DNA of 63,964 nt, filler included, from Mitosporidium daphniae (taxonomy: Eukaryota), in assembly GCF_000760515.2 (NCBI RefSeq). It is 5 parts of 5 records of this genome, joined end to end, with 100 filler letters (N's around TTAATTAATTAA, not from the genome) between each part and the next. Parts side by side here need not be neighbours in the genome. Positions count along the whole stretch, not along the records: positions 13,844 to 27,394 come from NW_013546707.1; positions 27,495 to 40,892 come from NW_013546706.1; 3 more parts are not named here. The stretch is one strand, 5' to 3'. A model generated the notes under the pieces. It was not told where the DNA came from. It was given only the letters and a program-made list of their open reading frames with translations, and did not search any database. This document shows, in pieces, positions 23,491 to 35,156 of the stretch. Both the position numbers and the translations under genes were made by a program. Position 1 is the first letter of the stretch; every line of letters begins with the position of its first letter.

Positions 23491-23605
23491 GTTATTTATG
23501 TATGTAAATCGGTGGCTACACGCCTGTAAGTATGAACCTATGCATATAGTACGCAGAGCAATGTCTGCTCCTCTTTTGGTATGGAAATCTGAACATTAAA
23601 CAATT

Positions 23606-24598
23606 TTACAGCATTTTAGTATACAATACACAAGTCTCGCCGTGTGCATTCGCTGCCTCATACTCATCCCTGAGGAAGGACCAGTACAGCGGCACTAGAA
23701 AAGTGGTCGAGGCATGCCAAAGAGCATGTGCGTCAATCAAGCCAAAAAAAGGAGGAAAGTCGAGTATCTCAAAGAGGGAGGCAAGCGAAATACACAGGAT
23801 GAACAACAGAATTTTCCTTCGAAAGAAATAAAATGGGTGTTTAATTGCCCAATAAGTCCAAACCGCGGCATGTAATACAATGGCGACAGCATTTACTTTC
23901 ATATTGAGTGAATAATCAAATGCAACCATCGCCATGCGGTAGTAATGGAATACCAGGATCCACAAAAAGAACAGGCCAAGACAGCGTCGCAGAAGCGAAG
24001 ACAAAAACCGCCTATTGAGAAAAACCCGATCAATTGCAATAAAGAGGGCAAATAAAATCGAGGCAAATGCAAAGAAATAATCAAGGAACTCCGTAAACCT
24101 TGTATCTCTTGAGTGGAAAATGGCTGATGAAATCCAGGTGAGCGTGGAGGTTATGAAATAATATTTATAAAGAGGCTCGGAATGGACAGTTTGGCGCGTT
24201 TTCTGGTATCCGTATTTGTGGGCAAACAAGTTAGCAAACGAGAACAGCACGGAAAAAAACTCCTGAACCCCGAGGACTCGAATAAAGGGCCATTTTCCAA
24301 AATATTGCAGAGGCTCTTTCTCGGTGGACGCCTGTGATAAGTTTGATTCGCAGATGTGCATGCATTGGTATTTACATTCATCAACAATGTTCCATTGGAA
24401 AAGGCGAAATAGGATCACATTTGGATAATAAAACTGATGCTCTCCGAGATACGGTCCGCTTGAGAAGAACCTTGAGCAATCTCCCACGCATGCCCTGAAC
24501 TGCGGCGAACGGTCGCCTTTGCTTGCATTTGTAAAATAGACCAAAGCTGCAAGTAACGTTAAAAGCTCAAAAAACAAACTTGCGGGAGTTCGCTGCAT
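23606..24598 (-). CDS. PER1: GPI remodelling protein Per1/PGAP3
   Basis: ASKGD, ECKYQCM, QYFGKWPFIRVLGVQE, FHSRDTRFTEFLDY, DFPPFFGLIDAHALWH. Confidence 0.95.
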   Translation of the reverse strand: MQRTPASLFFELLTLLAALVYFTNASKGDRSPQFRACVGDCSRFFSSGPYLGEHQFYYPNVILFRLFQWNIVDECKYQCMHICESNLSQASTEKEPLQYFGKWPFIRVLGVQEFFSVLFSFANLFAHKYGYQKTRQTVHSEPLYKYYFITSTLTWISSAIFHSRDTRFTEFLDYFFAFASILFALFIAIDRVFLNRRFLSSLLRRCLGLFFLWILVFHYYRMAMVAFDYSLNMKVNAVAIVLHAAVWTYWAIKHPFYFFRRKILLFILCISLASLFEILDFPPFFGLIDAHALWHASTTFLVPLYWSFLRDEYEAANAHGETCVLYTKML

Positions 24599-26274
24599 TG
24601 GGCACTTTGAACAATTAATCTGTTGATTAAGCGTGTGTTGATAGTGAATTGCTAGCTTTAGTATCACACATTGCACAAAAGGGCTACAAAGTCTTAATTT
24701 GCAATAGCTGCTAGATTTAGGTCTTATCCCGATAAACCCAACTGAATGAGCACATTCCCGAAGCAAAAAGGGACCTCTGATGCTGGGATCAACATAAATT
24801 TCTCGGGTTAACTACCAAGCCAGCCAAATCAAGGGCCCATCAGGGCGGTGCCATTGACAGTAATCCATGTTAAAAACAGCACAAAGGCAATAATAAATAA
24901 AGAATGACATGCCTCCAAAAGTTTAAATGTGCAATCAAAGGATGTGTTGCGTTATGGGAGTCCCATAGCTCCAGGTTAGCCCCAAATAATGCAAACATTA
25001 AAATAGCCTTGTCCATCCATGAGGAGCATCCAGATCTATGCCGAGTTGAGGTTCACCATAACTTTCCTTAAGTCCGGAACATAAATGTAATTGTTCAATG
25101 GTTTTATCGAAAGCCACCCCGCACTTTGATCCGCAGGGGTAACGTCCATATATGGGTAAAAGCAAGCCAATTTCTCCGATCGGGATGCAATACCAAATAT
25201 GTTGAATTTAGGCTTGAATTTTGCCAATCTGAGTTTAAATTTGCACCCCATGATGTTGGTCAGGCAATCCAATTATTTGGGTGCATCCATGATTGTCTGC
25301 TTACCGCTTTTCACTAGGCGCGACACTCAAGATGCAAAGGTATATTAATTTCCAGAAGGATGGCGTTTTAACAAGCTACCTGCCTAGAGAAAGACTCAAA
25401 GGCTTTTTCTCCTCTTTACTATGGTTCTCGCGATGCCTTAGATTTTTCCAGCCCTTCAGACTGCTGAAGAGCAGTATAGCTTGTATAGCCATCATTGACA
25501 GGCATATCAGTCACCAAAGAAGCGTCCAGAGCTATTAATCGTTGAGTCAACCCTCGTAATTATCACATTATGCAGCAGCTGGACATAATAGTTAGCCATG
25601 AGGGTAGCCTTTTGGCTGCTTTAGGCTTTTTGATCAGGCATTGAAAGTATCTGAAAACAAATGACTGTCGGATTTCTATCCTTTACATGTAAAAAACAAT
25701 AATCGGCTTATCATATTCCCAGTCGTTTGGAGGGGAAAAGAATCAGAGTTTCAGCAGTTCATCAAACCTCTTTTTTATTATGTCACCGGTTTTTAATGTT
25801 TTTTGCCATAGAGTTTACGATTCACCAAATAACCGGAGCCGACTAATATCAAGCGGCAAGAGTTGCGAATCGTAGGCTTCTACTTTCTCGCCATGCACAT
25901 TGCTTGACGTTGTACTTTTCTATTCTTTATAGAAATGTGCATGCTATCAAAAAAGATCTAATTCTTATCGTGCAGACATATCTGTATACCCGGTTTACGT
26001 ATTCTTGCAGGGCAATAAACGATTCATTAAAGAGTTACAGGAACACTACTGGAAAGCTCGTACTTAATGCCCACTCTAACCCTACATTCCGAATCCGTTA
26101 TCTTTCAAGTTTCGCAAATCCCCGATCTGGTTAAATGCTCATATAGTTTGCTCTGCAAAGCCGGGCTCAAACCCCTAGGACTTGTACTTTTTATCACTTT
26201 GAATTTAGGGTTAGGGTTGGGATTAAAGATCGGCCATAATAGGTGGGCTTGAACCCATTTTAAATTCAATTTTC

Positions 26275-26547
26275 ATGTTGGCCGAAAGGTCTCCGTCTCC
26301 CACTCTGATTGAGGTTGAGAATATTAATGGAAATGCAGCGGTGCTTGCCTTGATCCGCTCCCTTGACGATGAGGATCAGAATGTTGATGCAGCAGCAGGA
26401 GTGGATCCGATTTTCTTTGCTCCCTCACCAATCTCCGAGCATGACTTTTGGAGGGTCATCCTCAAAAAGTCAATCAATGCCCTTGCGGCCGGCATTTCTT
26501 TTGGGCTTGGAGCGGCTCTTGTCGACCATTGCTTTCTTCGCAAATAA
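26275..26547 (+). CDS. small single-TM protein, possibly Mim1-like
   Basis: Acidic N-terminus and C-terminal SINALAAGISFGLGAALVDHCF segment; resemblance to Mim1 is weak. Confidence 0.5.
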   Translation: MLAERSPSPTLIEVENINGNAAVLALIRSLDDEDQNVDAAAGVDPIFFAPSPISEHDFWRVILKKSINALAAGISFGLGAALVDHCFLRK

Positions 26548-26617
26548 TCATAAACAGTGGATACCGGCAGGACATGCAATTCAACATTTAGAGGATTTGG
26601 CTTTAATGATATGTTAT

Positions 26618-27119
26618 TTAGGAGACGGCTACATCAGGTGCCGGGGGTGTCATGGTAAGCATGCGCCGTTCAAGGGGCACGCCATTTCTAATAAGAGAGG
26701 GGTCTGTTGCCAGTGCGTGCAGCTTTGGTGATATCTCTTTTAGCGCATCCAGAGCCTTTTGCCGCGAGGAGAGAATCATGGCGATCTGGTGGTGTTGCAT
26801 AGCTTTCCGCTGTTTTATGAGGTGCTTTGCTGCCGTGGAAATTGTGGCTCTCCTTTGTAGCTATCATAATAAGAACTCATCTACATACTTCCACTGCATC
26901 AATATTTGCTCGAGCAGCCAGAGTCTCACCGGCAGTTTCAAATAGGGCTTTCTGCAGCGGCTCAGCCACCGAACGAAAGGCAGATGCCACTGTGTTCCTG
27001 GATGTGATTTTAGGGATGTTTATTCTCGGTGCAACTGTCCGCCCTTTTGCGGAATACGAAGCTAACCGCCGTCCAGCACCTACCATGAAGGGTTCAGTTA
27101 GCGACCTGATTCCCTTCAT
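26618..27119 (-). CDS. mitochondrial ribosomal protein mL40-like
   Basis: Presequence-like start (GRRLASYS) and RQKALDALKEISPKLHALA...TMTPP C-terminal motif; one intron about 26860-26888. Confidence 0.75.
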
Positions 27120-27169
27120 TTCAGTAAAAAATACGCCGAGCAAAGTGTAATTTTAATTTTAATTTGTCA

Positions 27170-27394
27170 ATGCTGCCTTTGCGCTGGCGATTGCTACCCT
27201 CCCGTATCCGTCTGCGGCCTAGTGTCCGATTTTCCGAGTCAGCGCCGTTTTTCGATCGGCACTTTTCGTCCATCACATCACCTCCAGCTTCTTTTGCGCG
27301 AAAATTTTCACTTGCACCCAGCAGCATATTTTTCCCCTCATTCTCAAAGTCTATATCTTCATTGGCAGAACAATCGCCAGAGTGCCCAGAGCAT
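27170..27394 (+). CDS. 5' end of a probable mitochondrial protein, truncated by gap
   Basis: Arg/Ser/Leu-rich, acid-poor N-terminus MLPLRWRLLPSRIRLRPSVRFS. Confidence 0.55.
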
Positions 27395-28065
27395 NNNNNN
27401 NNNNNNNNNNNNNNNNNNNNNNNNNNNNNNNNNNNNNNTTAATTAATTAANNNNNNNNNNNNNNNNNNNNNNNNNNNNNNNNNNNNNNNNNNNNGACTTG
27501 TTTGAGTGACCTGGAAAATGTAATAAGAGGCGGGCCGCTGCTTAATTTGAAAAGTGTGCCAGAAAAGAGCTGCGCCTTCGAAAAGCGCGATATTCACTTC
27601 CATTCCGCATATTTTGTATCTTTCGTCTGCTGTTCCCTTTTCGTCCATTTGATGTGGGTGCGTATTTTCTCACCCGGCACCTCAATGCACTTGGATATTG
27701 GCGATCGAGTAGGATCATTAAATCCAGCTAGCTTAGGGCTAAGCCACATGATCGACGCAAATATGATGCTTATCTAGTAAAGATGCAATCAAAACCGCCT
27801 TTATTTGGGATTAGTTTTAGTCGTTCTATTGATCCGTGCTATCAAATTTGAATTAATTTTTGGGCCAACGTGAAGAAAGGACATGTCGAACCAAAAGTTG
27901 CCAAAAGCTTACTAAAACCTACCAAAAATTTACTAAAATGTCATATTTTCAGTCTAATTAATTTAAAGGCCATTTTAGATATACATGTTGCGTTTTTGAT
28001 GAAAGCAGCAGCTTGGTTCGTATGAGCTTGATTTGTATCAGCTTGATTGGCATCAGCCATCAATC

Positions 28066-30740
28066 TCAAAACAATTCAAAAACAAGCAAGGAAATGGAAG
28101 CGATCACAATTCTAACAAAGTCAGTGTGGCGAGCAGAGGCTGAATTGCCATCAATTTTAGGCAAGCATCCAGCCTCAGTGGCATTTGCTTCGACAGTCTG
28201 TATGGCGTCAACAGTACCACCCTGCGACGCAAGTGCTGCTGATATATCTGAGCTATCCTTTTGCTCAGCACCTTCATGCTTTTGATGCATTCTCCACAAA
28301 AAGTACACTATTGCAGCGGCGAGGTCAAGACAAATGAATGCAAATCCAACTCCAAGAATCCTGGGCAAATAGTAAGAGAAAGTGCTTAATGCAGAATTCC
28401 TAGATACGTTGCGATGGTTACGGTACAGGAGAGTCGCCACGACGAAAATGACAACGAGCCCAAACAAAACAGCCTGTTTGAACAGAAAGCCCAAAATATA
28501 ATTTCTGAGGTTTCTTTTGCAAGGTTTGAGGTCTCCCGGAAGCAAATGCAAATTAAACAGATCCAGATCGACGGGAATTTTAGGGTCCTTTGCACATGCT
28601 TTGAGGCACAATTTCCGCTCACAAACCCCGAACTTTATACCAACATTTGTGAAGTTGCACTTTGCGGTATCTCTAAACTGCAATTGTGTGTGCTTCAATT
28701 GCTTCAATAGCTTCAATCAAGATGGATTGCTAGATTTTCGTGAAATAGATCCATTGCTGCAACACAGAGCCGTGATATCTTCAAGCCTTTGTAGAGCCAC
28801 CTAAAAGACCAACGGCGCCACCAGAGCATGCCAGATAATCAAGCATGTCTTCCAAATCGATTTGAAAAAATCGAACCTTTCCAGATCGTAGATTTTTATC
28901 AGTGCAGGCGACAAAAATAGGTCGGATTTTTGAGCTTTCCAGCAGCATCGTTCATTATGACAAGTAGCCTTGCTTCCTCGAAAATATCAACAAAAAGACG
29001 ATTTCGTATGTGTATGTATCCCGTTTAGATTGATGGACCCACAACAGTTGTTGCAAAATCTTTTGTAAATGCAGCCCGCAACTTAGCAAGTTGAGCTCCA
29101 ATATTCCAAAGGGTAAATTTTTTGCATGCCATACTTGGGTCTTGAATGTTTTAATCAGGATGCTCCTCCGCTTTAGCATATTGCAGCTTTCAAATTGGAC
29201 AAAGGTCTCTGTATCTAACGTACGAAGAGTATTTCCGGTCGATGGAACCGATGATCAGGGGTTAGAATTTCCGAAAATGTCTTTCCCATCTTGCTAGCTT
29301 GAGATTTTAAAGTTCAAACAGCAGCCATCGCATGCTTTCAGAAAAATATCCACCTTAGCTTATCGATAAAATCTGGATCGTTCAGTTTGAGAATATTTTC
29401 GTAGCTGGACATTAAAAGATGTTCAACCCCTTGGAAAGCAATGCCTGTCGGGGTAAGAGTGCCTTTTTTCTGCTTCCGATCCCTCTGGAGCCGATGCAAA
29501 TGAGAAAAGTAATCTTTTTCCAAAGCAGCCTTTTGATCGGATCTTATGGAGTTTGGAAAATGTTCATTTCCAAGCTTAATGTCTCCGTGTCATTTGTGCT
29601 CAGTGTTGATCGCATATTTTGTTCATTTTGCAGCAACGACCAAAAAAAGGCTAATTTGGTGGCGTTAATTTTTGGAATCACTATTTGGATCTTACACCAG
29701 ATTCCATCCGACAGCCTTCCGGCTTTTAAGAGCTTTTGATAAAGCATTTGGTAAAAACAGGCATAGAAAAAGCGGCCAAAAATTCAAATAAATTGTTGAG
29801 ATTGACATTTGTTTCAAAGCAATACGCCTGCTCAGGTAGACATACACAAAAATATCGGGATTTTTCAGAGCGTACTTTTTCAAGCAGCCAGAAGTGGCCC
29901 TCTGCACGCAACTGTCTCTTGACTTTTGCATTTCCATGTCATGGTAGTCAGCACGCACTGGTATCTTGTTGAAGCCAGGATCCTTTTGATACATTGGGTT
30001 AGAATGATTTCTACAAACGCCCAGCATCAAAAAATGCTGTCGTACGGGTCTTCAAAATAAAGCGCATCAAATCGGGATTTTTCAAGCAGCACCGAATTTT
30101 GAATTGATTTTGAACTTGAGCGGCATGGTTTTGAATTTGTGGACAATTTTCCGTGCAGAAATGCAGAGAAAAAGCAGTCCAGCTATCGATTTTCTCTCGA
30201 TTAAGAACAATTTTTTGGAATCAAAATCGACATCGGACATGCCTTTAAAGCCCCCAAATGGTACAACGTACCGCTGTATGCAAACCTTGTCTGCTGGATC
30301 AAATAAACTCAATGGGAGGTCATACCGGCAGAAAAGGCGCCGTCTTGATGTTTCGATTACCAAATGACTGGAAAAGCGCTAGCTCAGATCATTGATATCG
30401 TTTTCAAGGCAAGCAGGTGGATTCATGGCAAAACAATGGGCGATGCGACCGATCAATTTCCGGTAAATTGGATCAAAGGTTGACAAATTGGAATGCTTGT
30501 TTGTAAATCGAAGCTTGGCAAATATCAGATTTCCCACTGTTGCTTGTCCAACAATTCATGCTGCCGAGCACATATAACAAGCAACCACACCGTAAACTAA
30601 ACAACTAATTACCAAACTGGCTATCCAAATGACCTTTTCATGTAATTTACCACATCCAGTTTAACGATCCAAATTCACATATACTGCGGTTTTTCCGTCG
30701 TTTGGAGCGTTGCGCATGTTTTTCTTGCGTTTCACGACAT
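28066..30740 (-). pseudogene. degenerate copy A of tandem multigene family
   Basis: Fragments homologous to 38671-40824 (EQAYCFETNVNLNN, QNEQNMRSTLSTND, GCLPKIDGNSASARHT) broken by many stops and frameshifts. Confidence 0.75.
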
Positions 30741-31419
30741 GTTTTCAGAGCAGTCGATCGAATTATTTGACATTGGCTGATGGCCGCATGTTTTGGACAC
30801 CGTTGTTTTTTCCTTTAGACCCATCTGAGCAGCTTCCTTTTCTGCTTTCGCTGCCAAAATACAGGGCGAACACCACTACACCCCCTTGGATCACCCTCTG
30901 AACTTGCGTCAATACGAAGTTTTCGAAAACCTTCTTGCATCGTTGCTCCCAACTACGGATTTGTCCCACTTCTAAATTTAATCTAATCCAATCCAATCTA
31001 ATTCCGCCTGCACTCTGATTCGTCCATCGGCCCAATTTGCAATTTCCCCCCATGCTGCCTTGAAACCAAGTGTCCCTTCCATAACTCCGTTTATTACGAA
31101 ATAAAGCATAGTAAAACCTAACCCTAAAACTCGATTGATTCATACCAGACCCGGAATTGAGTCAAGGTTGGAGCTGATATTGGCGATGCGAGCGACTGCA
31201 TAGTTCCAGTCTACTCGATCGGAATCTGGTCGTATTATAATCCAAAAACGAAGCCCACATGCTAGTTCACATATCCGACATATAGTACGATCGGGGCAAA
31301 GCCCAACAGAGCCTGAGCTTGCTTATCAACTGACGCAACCAATGTGGATGATGCATGGGACTTTCATTAGTGAACCTAAGTAAGCCCAGAAAGGGGTGGT
31401 GGTGTTTATATTATCTATT

Positions 31420-33312
31420 TTATTTCATTCTAATCGATTCTTTCTGTGTGTGAAAGCTAGATTTCTTTGCTGCATTTTTTGGCTCTAGTGCCCGCATAAC
31501 AGCTCGAACATCGGCATCATGAGCTTTTTGTTCAGAAGCAATAGCATCCTCAAGAAGCATATTTTTGTTGATAGCATTTGTCATAAGATCGAGAGTGGCA
31601 TTACCATCGTCGAGAGTTTTGAATGGACCGTAAGAGATACTGTTGTTTACAGCGTGGTGCAGGTAGATGGTGATGTTTTCACCAGCAGGATTTTTAGGGT
31701 CCCATTCGATATCAAGCAAACCGACATTAGAAACATTGGTGGTAGAATTTGGTGAGGCGATCAAAAGGGTTTCAGGATAAAGAAGAACAAACATAGACGG
31801 AGATCCACTGCTTCCGATCGAAGTATCCACAGTTAGGCTGTAGGTTCCAGCAGGTACATCAATAGAACTCAAATTAAGAGAGGCATTTCCATTGTTTTTG
31901 ACTGAAAAATAATCGTTTTTCATCGTGTTCTGGTTAATAATGGTAATAACGGCAGGAGTAGTATTTTCATCGAACGGAGTCCATTGGACAGATAATGAGG
32001 CAGAGTTATTGTAAATAATAGATTCGGAGTTGGGAACCAGAATATTCAGGGGAGTAGCACTACTCACGATCAAATAGTCAAATCCAGAGCCCATATTCGA
32101 ATCAACTTGGATTTTATACCTTCCTGGAAACAGCCCAAATGATGTAACATCGTCTGAATATGATCCTGTATTTGGCACTTCAAGTGTTTTCAGCAAAGAA
32201 TCATTGCCACTGTATACAGAAAGATTAACAAGGGGTTCGCTAGGATCAATGGGAGACCAATTGACATCGATAGCACCACCATCAGACATAACAACGCTTG
32301 GATCAATAATAACGTTCAAGGTGGCACTATCAAACATGGTGAGCTCGATGCTGTCAGAGCCAAGCATTGAATCGATAGTAAGACTGTACGTGGCTGGTGA
32401 TTTCGGCACTTCCCATTCTGAAGCGCTCAAAAAATAGTATCCAATGTTTGGCACATTAGACACATTCTTATAAGCGAGTCCATCCTTCCCGGTTAGGGTT
32501 AGGTTTACGAATTCCTCAGCTTTATCGAATGGTTTCCATTCGACAATTGTGAAACCATTAATTGAAGAAATGCTGTCTGGATTAACTGTGACAGCGATCG
32601 TGTTAAATTCGGTGGTAATAGCAAAACGATTTGAGGAACCAATTCCAAGGGAGGATACTAATTTCAATTCGTAAATACCAGGAGGATATGAAAGCTCAAC
32701 ACTGGTAGATCCGGTATCAGCAAGGTTTGTAGCAATAATACGTTGAGAACCGCTTGAGACGCGGGCGATAGATATGTTCACAGTATCAGAAATGTTGAAT
32801 GGAGTCCAAGAAAGACCCAAAAACTCGCCAGTGGGAACCTTATCCGTATCAGTCTTAACAGAAAGGGGATTAGGCGCGAGAACGAGAAACGAATTTGATA
32901 CACCTTGGCCAAGGGCATTGGAGACAAGGATGGCATACATTCCTGGCTTAAAAGAACCATAATTTTCCAACACAATAGTTGCATTTCCAGTATCTTTGGT
33001 TTGCGATTCGGGAAAAATTTCATCCGGATTCGCTAAACTTTTAAGAGAAAGTGTAGCATCATAGCTATCATGACCAGAAAAAGGATCCCATTCCACAAAA
33101 ATAGAAGAATATGGATATATTTCGCCCAAAGCAGTGACATTAACACCAAGACCTTTGCTTGCGTGTATAATGAACGGAGCAGTTGTTCCATTAGAAATCG
33201 ATGAGGTTATGTTTGCAAAGTAGATACCAGGTTTTATCGACATCACAGATGACGCCGAAAATAAAGCTAAGCACATACAGAAAAGAAGAGCTGTTATTCG
33301 CTTTGGAATCAT
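31420..33312 (-). CDS. secreted/surface protein with about six ~90-aa beta-rich (Ig-like) repeats
   Basis: Signal peptide MIPKRITALLFCMCLALFSASS; repeated V.W.P.D ... NTG ... PG.Y.L.V.S.LG pattern; many N-x-S/T sequons; intronless. Confidence 0.8.
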   Translation of the reverse strand: MIPKRITALLFCMCLALFSASSVMSIKPGIYFANITSSISNGTTAPFIIHASKGLGVNVTALGEIYPYSSIFVEWDPFSGHDSYDATLSLKSLANPDEIFPESQTKDTGNATIVLENYGSFKPGMYAILVSNALGQGVSNSFLVLAPNPLSVKTDTDKVPTGEFLGLSWTPFNISDTVNISIARVSSGSQRIIATNLADTGSTSVELSYPPGIYELKLVSSLGIGSSNRFAITTEFNTIAVTVNPDSISSINGFTIVEWKPFDKAEEFVNLTLTGKDGLAYKNVSNVPNIGYYFLSASEWEVPKSPATYSLTIDSMLGSDSIELTMFDSATLNVIIDPSVVMSDGGAIDVNWSPIDPSEPLVNLSVYSGNDSLLKTLEVPNTGSYSDDVTSFGLFPGRYKIQVDSNMGSGFDYLIVSSATPLNILVPNSESIIYNNSASLSVQWTPFDENTTPAVITIINQNTMKNDYFSVKNNGNASLNLSSIDVPAGTYSLTVDTSIGSSGSPSMFVLLYPETLLIASPNSTTNVSNVGLLDIEWDPKNPAGENITIYLHHAVNNSISYGPFKTLDDGNATLDLMTNAINKNMLLEDAIASEQKAHDADVRAVMRALEPKNAAKKSSFHTQKESIRMK

Positions 33313-33604
33313 GGTTGCATACTTTTCAATACAACATTCGCTATTTATTCTTTTCATGCTGTTAAGCTGACATGTTTGCAGTGACGGAAATAGATAAACA
33401 AAACAACAACAAATAAATAGGATATTAACCAACGAGAGGCGTGCCTTTTGTGTGCGAAATCACTTTTCGATTTGAAAATATAAACAAACATAAATAACAC
33501 AACATTCGACCAAATTAGTCAGCGATGTTTGGGCTAGGGTTGGGATTTGGCCAAAATTAATTTCATTGAAACTGCATGTTGGTCCACATTATATATTGCC
33601 CATA

Positions 33605-35110
33605 TCAGGAGGCCCAATTAAATAACTGACGTTTAAATGCCCATGTCACACATCCTAACCCAGGTTCAATATTTTTGATTTCGTATGCGATCACATTAAT
33701 CGCCATGGCGGTTAGCATCAAGATAAACAAGAGCCCCTTTTGATAGAGATTCAAAAAGCTATCAAGTTGCGCTCTAGATTGAAATTTAGAGATTTGTATG
33801 ACAACAACGTATTCGAGCTCAAGATGTTTAATCTCAATGATATTTCGCAAAATAGTCTGTTCGAGTTCTGTCAGTCGGAAAGAAAAGCATTCCATAGCCT
33901 TTTCATGGTACTTTAAACAGACAACTCAATATACGATGACAAGGTCGAATTTTAGGTGATGGCTTTGCATCTTGAAAAGAGGACCTTACATGTGGACTTG
34001 ATCCCCTTAAAAGAGCCCAGACCACAGTAGAGATATCAAAACAATGTGATGCCATGAGAAGCCTTTCTAATAGAATAAAATCGCAATTCCAAGCTTGGAA
34101 AGCAAAAGAACGCTTTTCGTGTGTGGCTATGCGGGTGAACCTTGAACTTCCCGTCTTTGTGGAGAGAAAATGTCCAAAACAGTGGTCAATCAATCATGTT
34201 GATCTTGAGGAATGCAAACAGTATCGGTTCGTGCCAAAGAAGCGGGGGGCAGAGATCGATGAATTTGTACCAAATTTGATGAAAGTTGACGTTTCGTGCA
34301 TTGCCTGTAAATTTCGTGATTGTCTATATATAAATTTTGTGAATTGCCTTTAAATTAGATTAATTGTCTTTCAATGGGATTAATTGCATTAAATTGGAGG
34401 CCGCTAAATATCCGAGTTGTTATGGGTTAGTTTGTTGAAAAATTGGCTGCATTTTTACAATACATTTTATTTGTGCTGATGCTGTTTAAAGCATCCAATA
34501 TGCAAGTTAAACTAACAATCCAGACTGGCTATCCAAATGGCCTTTTCAACAGATCCAAATTGACTCGTATTGCGGTTTTTGAGCCGTTTGGAGCGTTGTG
34601 CATGTTTTTCTTGCATTTTACGGACATTCCCGATCGTTCTGTATCATTTTGGTCCGTTTTCGAGACAATAAAATTTTCGACATTTTCGACATGTTAAGCA
34701 TGGCATGGTTGGAGAGAGAAAATCCGCATTTTCAGTTCAGCAAGTAAAATTAAATTTGAAGTTAGGGTTAGATGCTTGAATTTTCAATTAATTTCAATTC
34801 TAGTTCGAGGTCTTCTCTTTCCAATCTCTCTATGCATGCCATGCATGTCTCGAACATAAAATTTTGCATTTTCCAGCGTCGAGCTAGGCTGCACGGAACA
34901 GGAGTCTGGATGCCGAAACTAACAATGGCGCCTTTGACAAGTGCTGTCTTCGCATTCATTCTGCATATTTTGTCTCTTTTCTCTGTGGTTTCTTTTTCGT
35001 CCATTTGATGCAGAAAGGTATCTTTCACTCGGCACTTCAATGAAGGTTGGATGCTGAAGATAGGATAGCACCAAAGAATCGATCTAGCTTTGGGTTGGCC
35101 CACATCATCG
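33605..35110 (-). pseudogene. degenerate fragment of the duplicated unit
   Basis: 34200-34275 matches 37780-37855 and 34585-35110 matches 37880-38405 at the DNA level. Confidence 0.6.
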
Positions 35111-35156
35111 ACGCAAACTCTAAATAAAGGTCCCTAAATTTGAGCCGATTTTGCTT

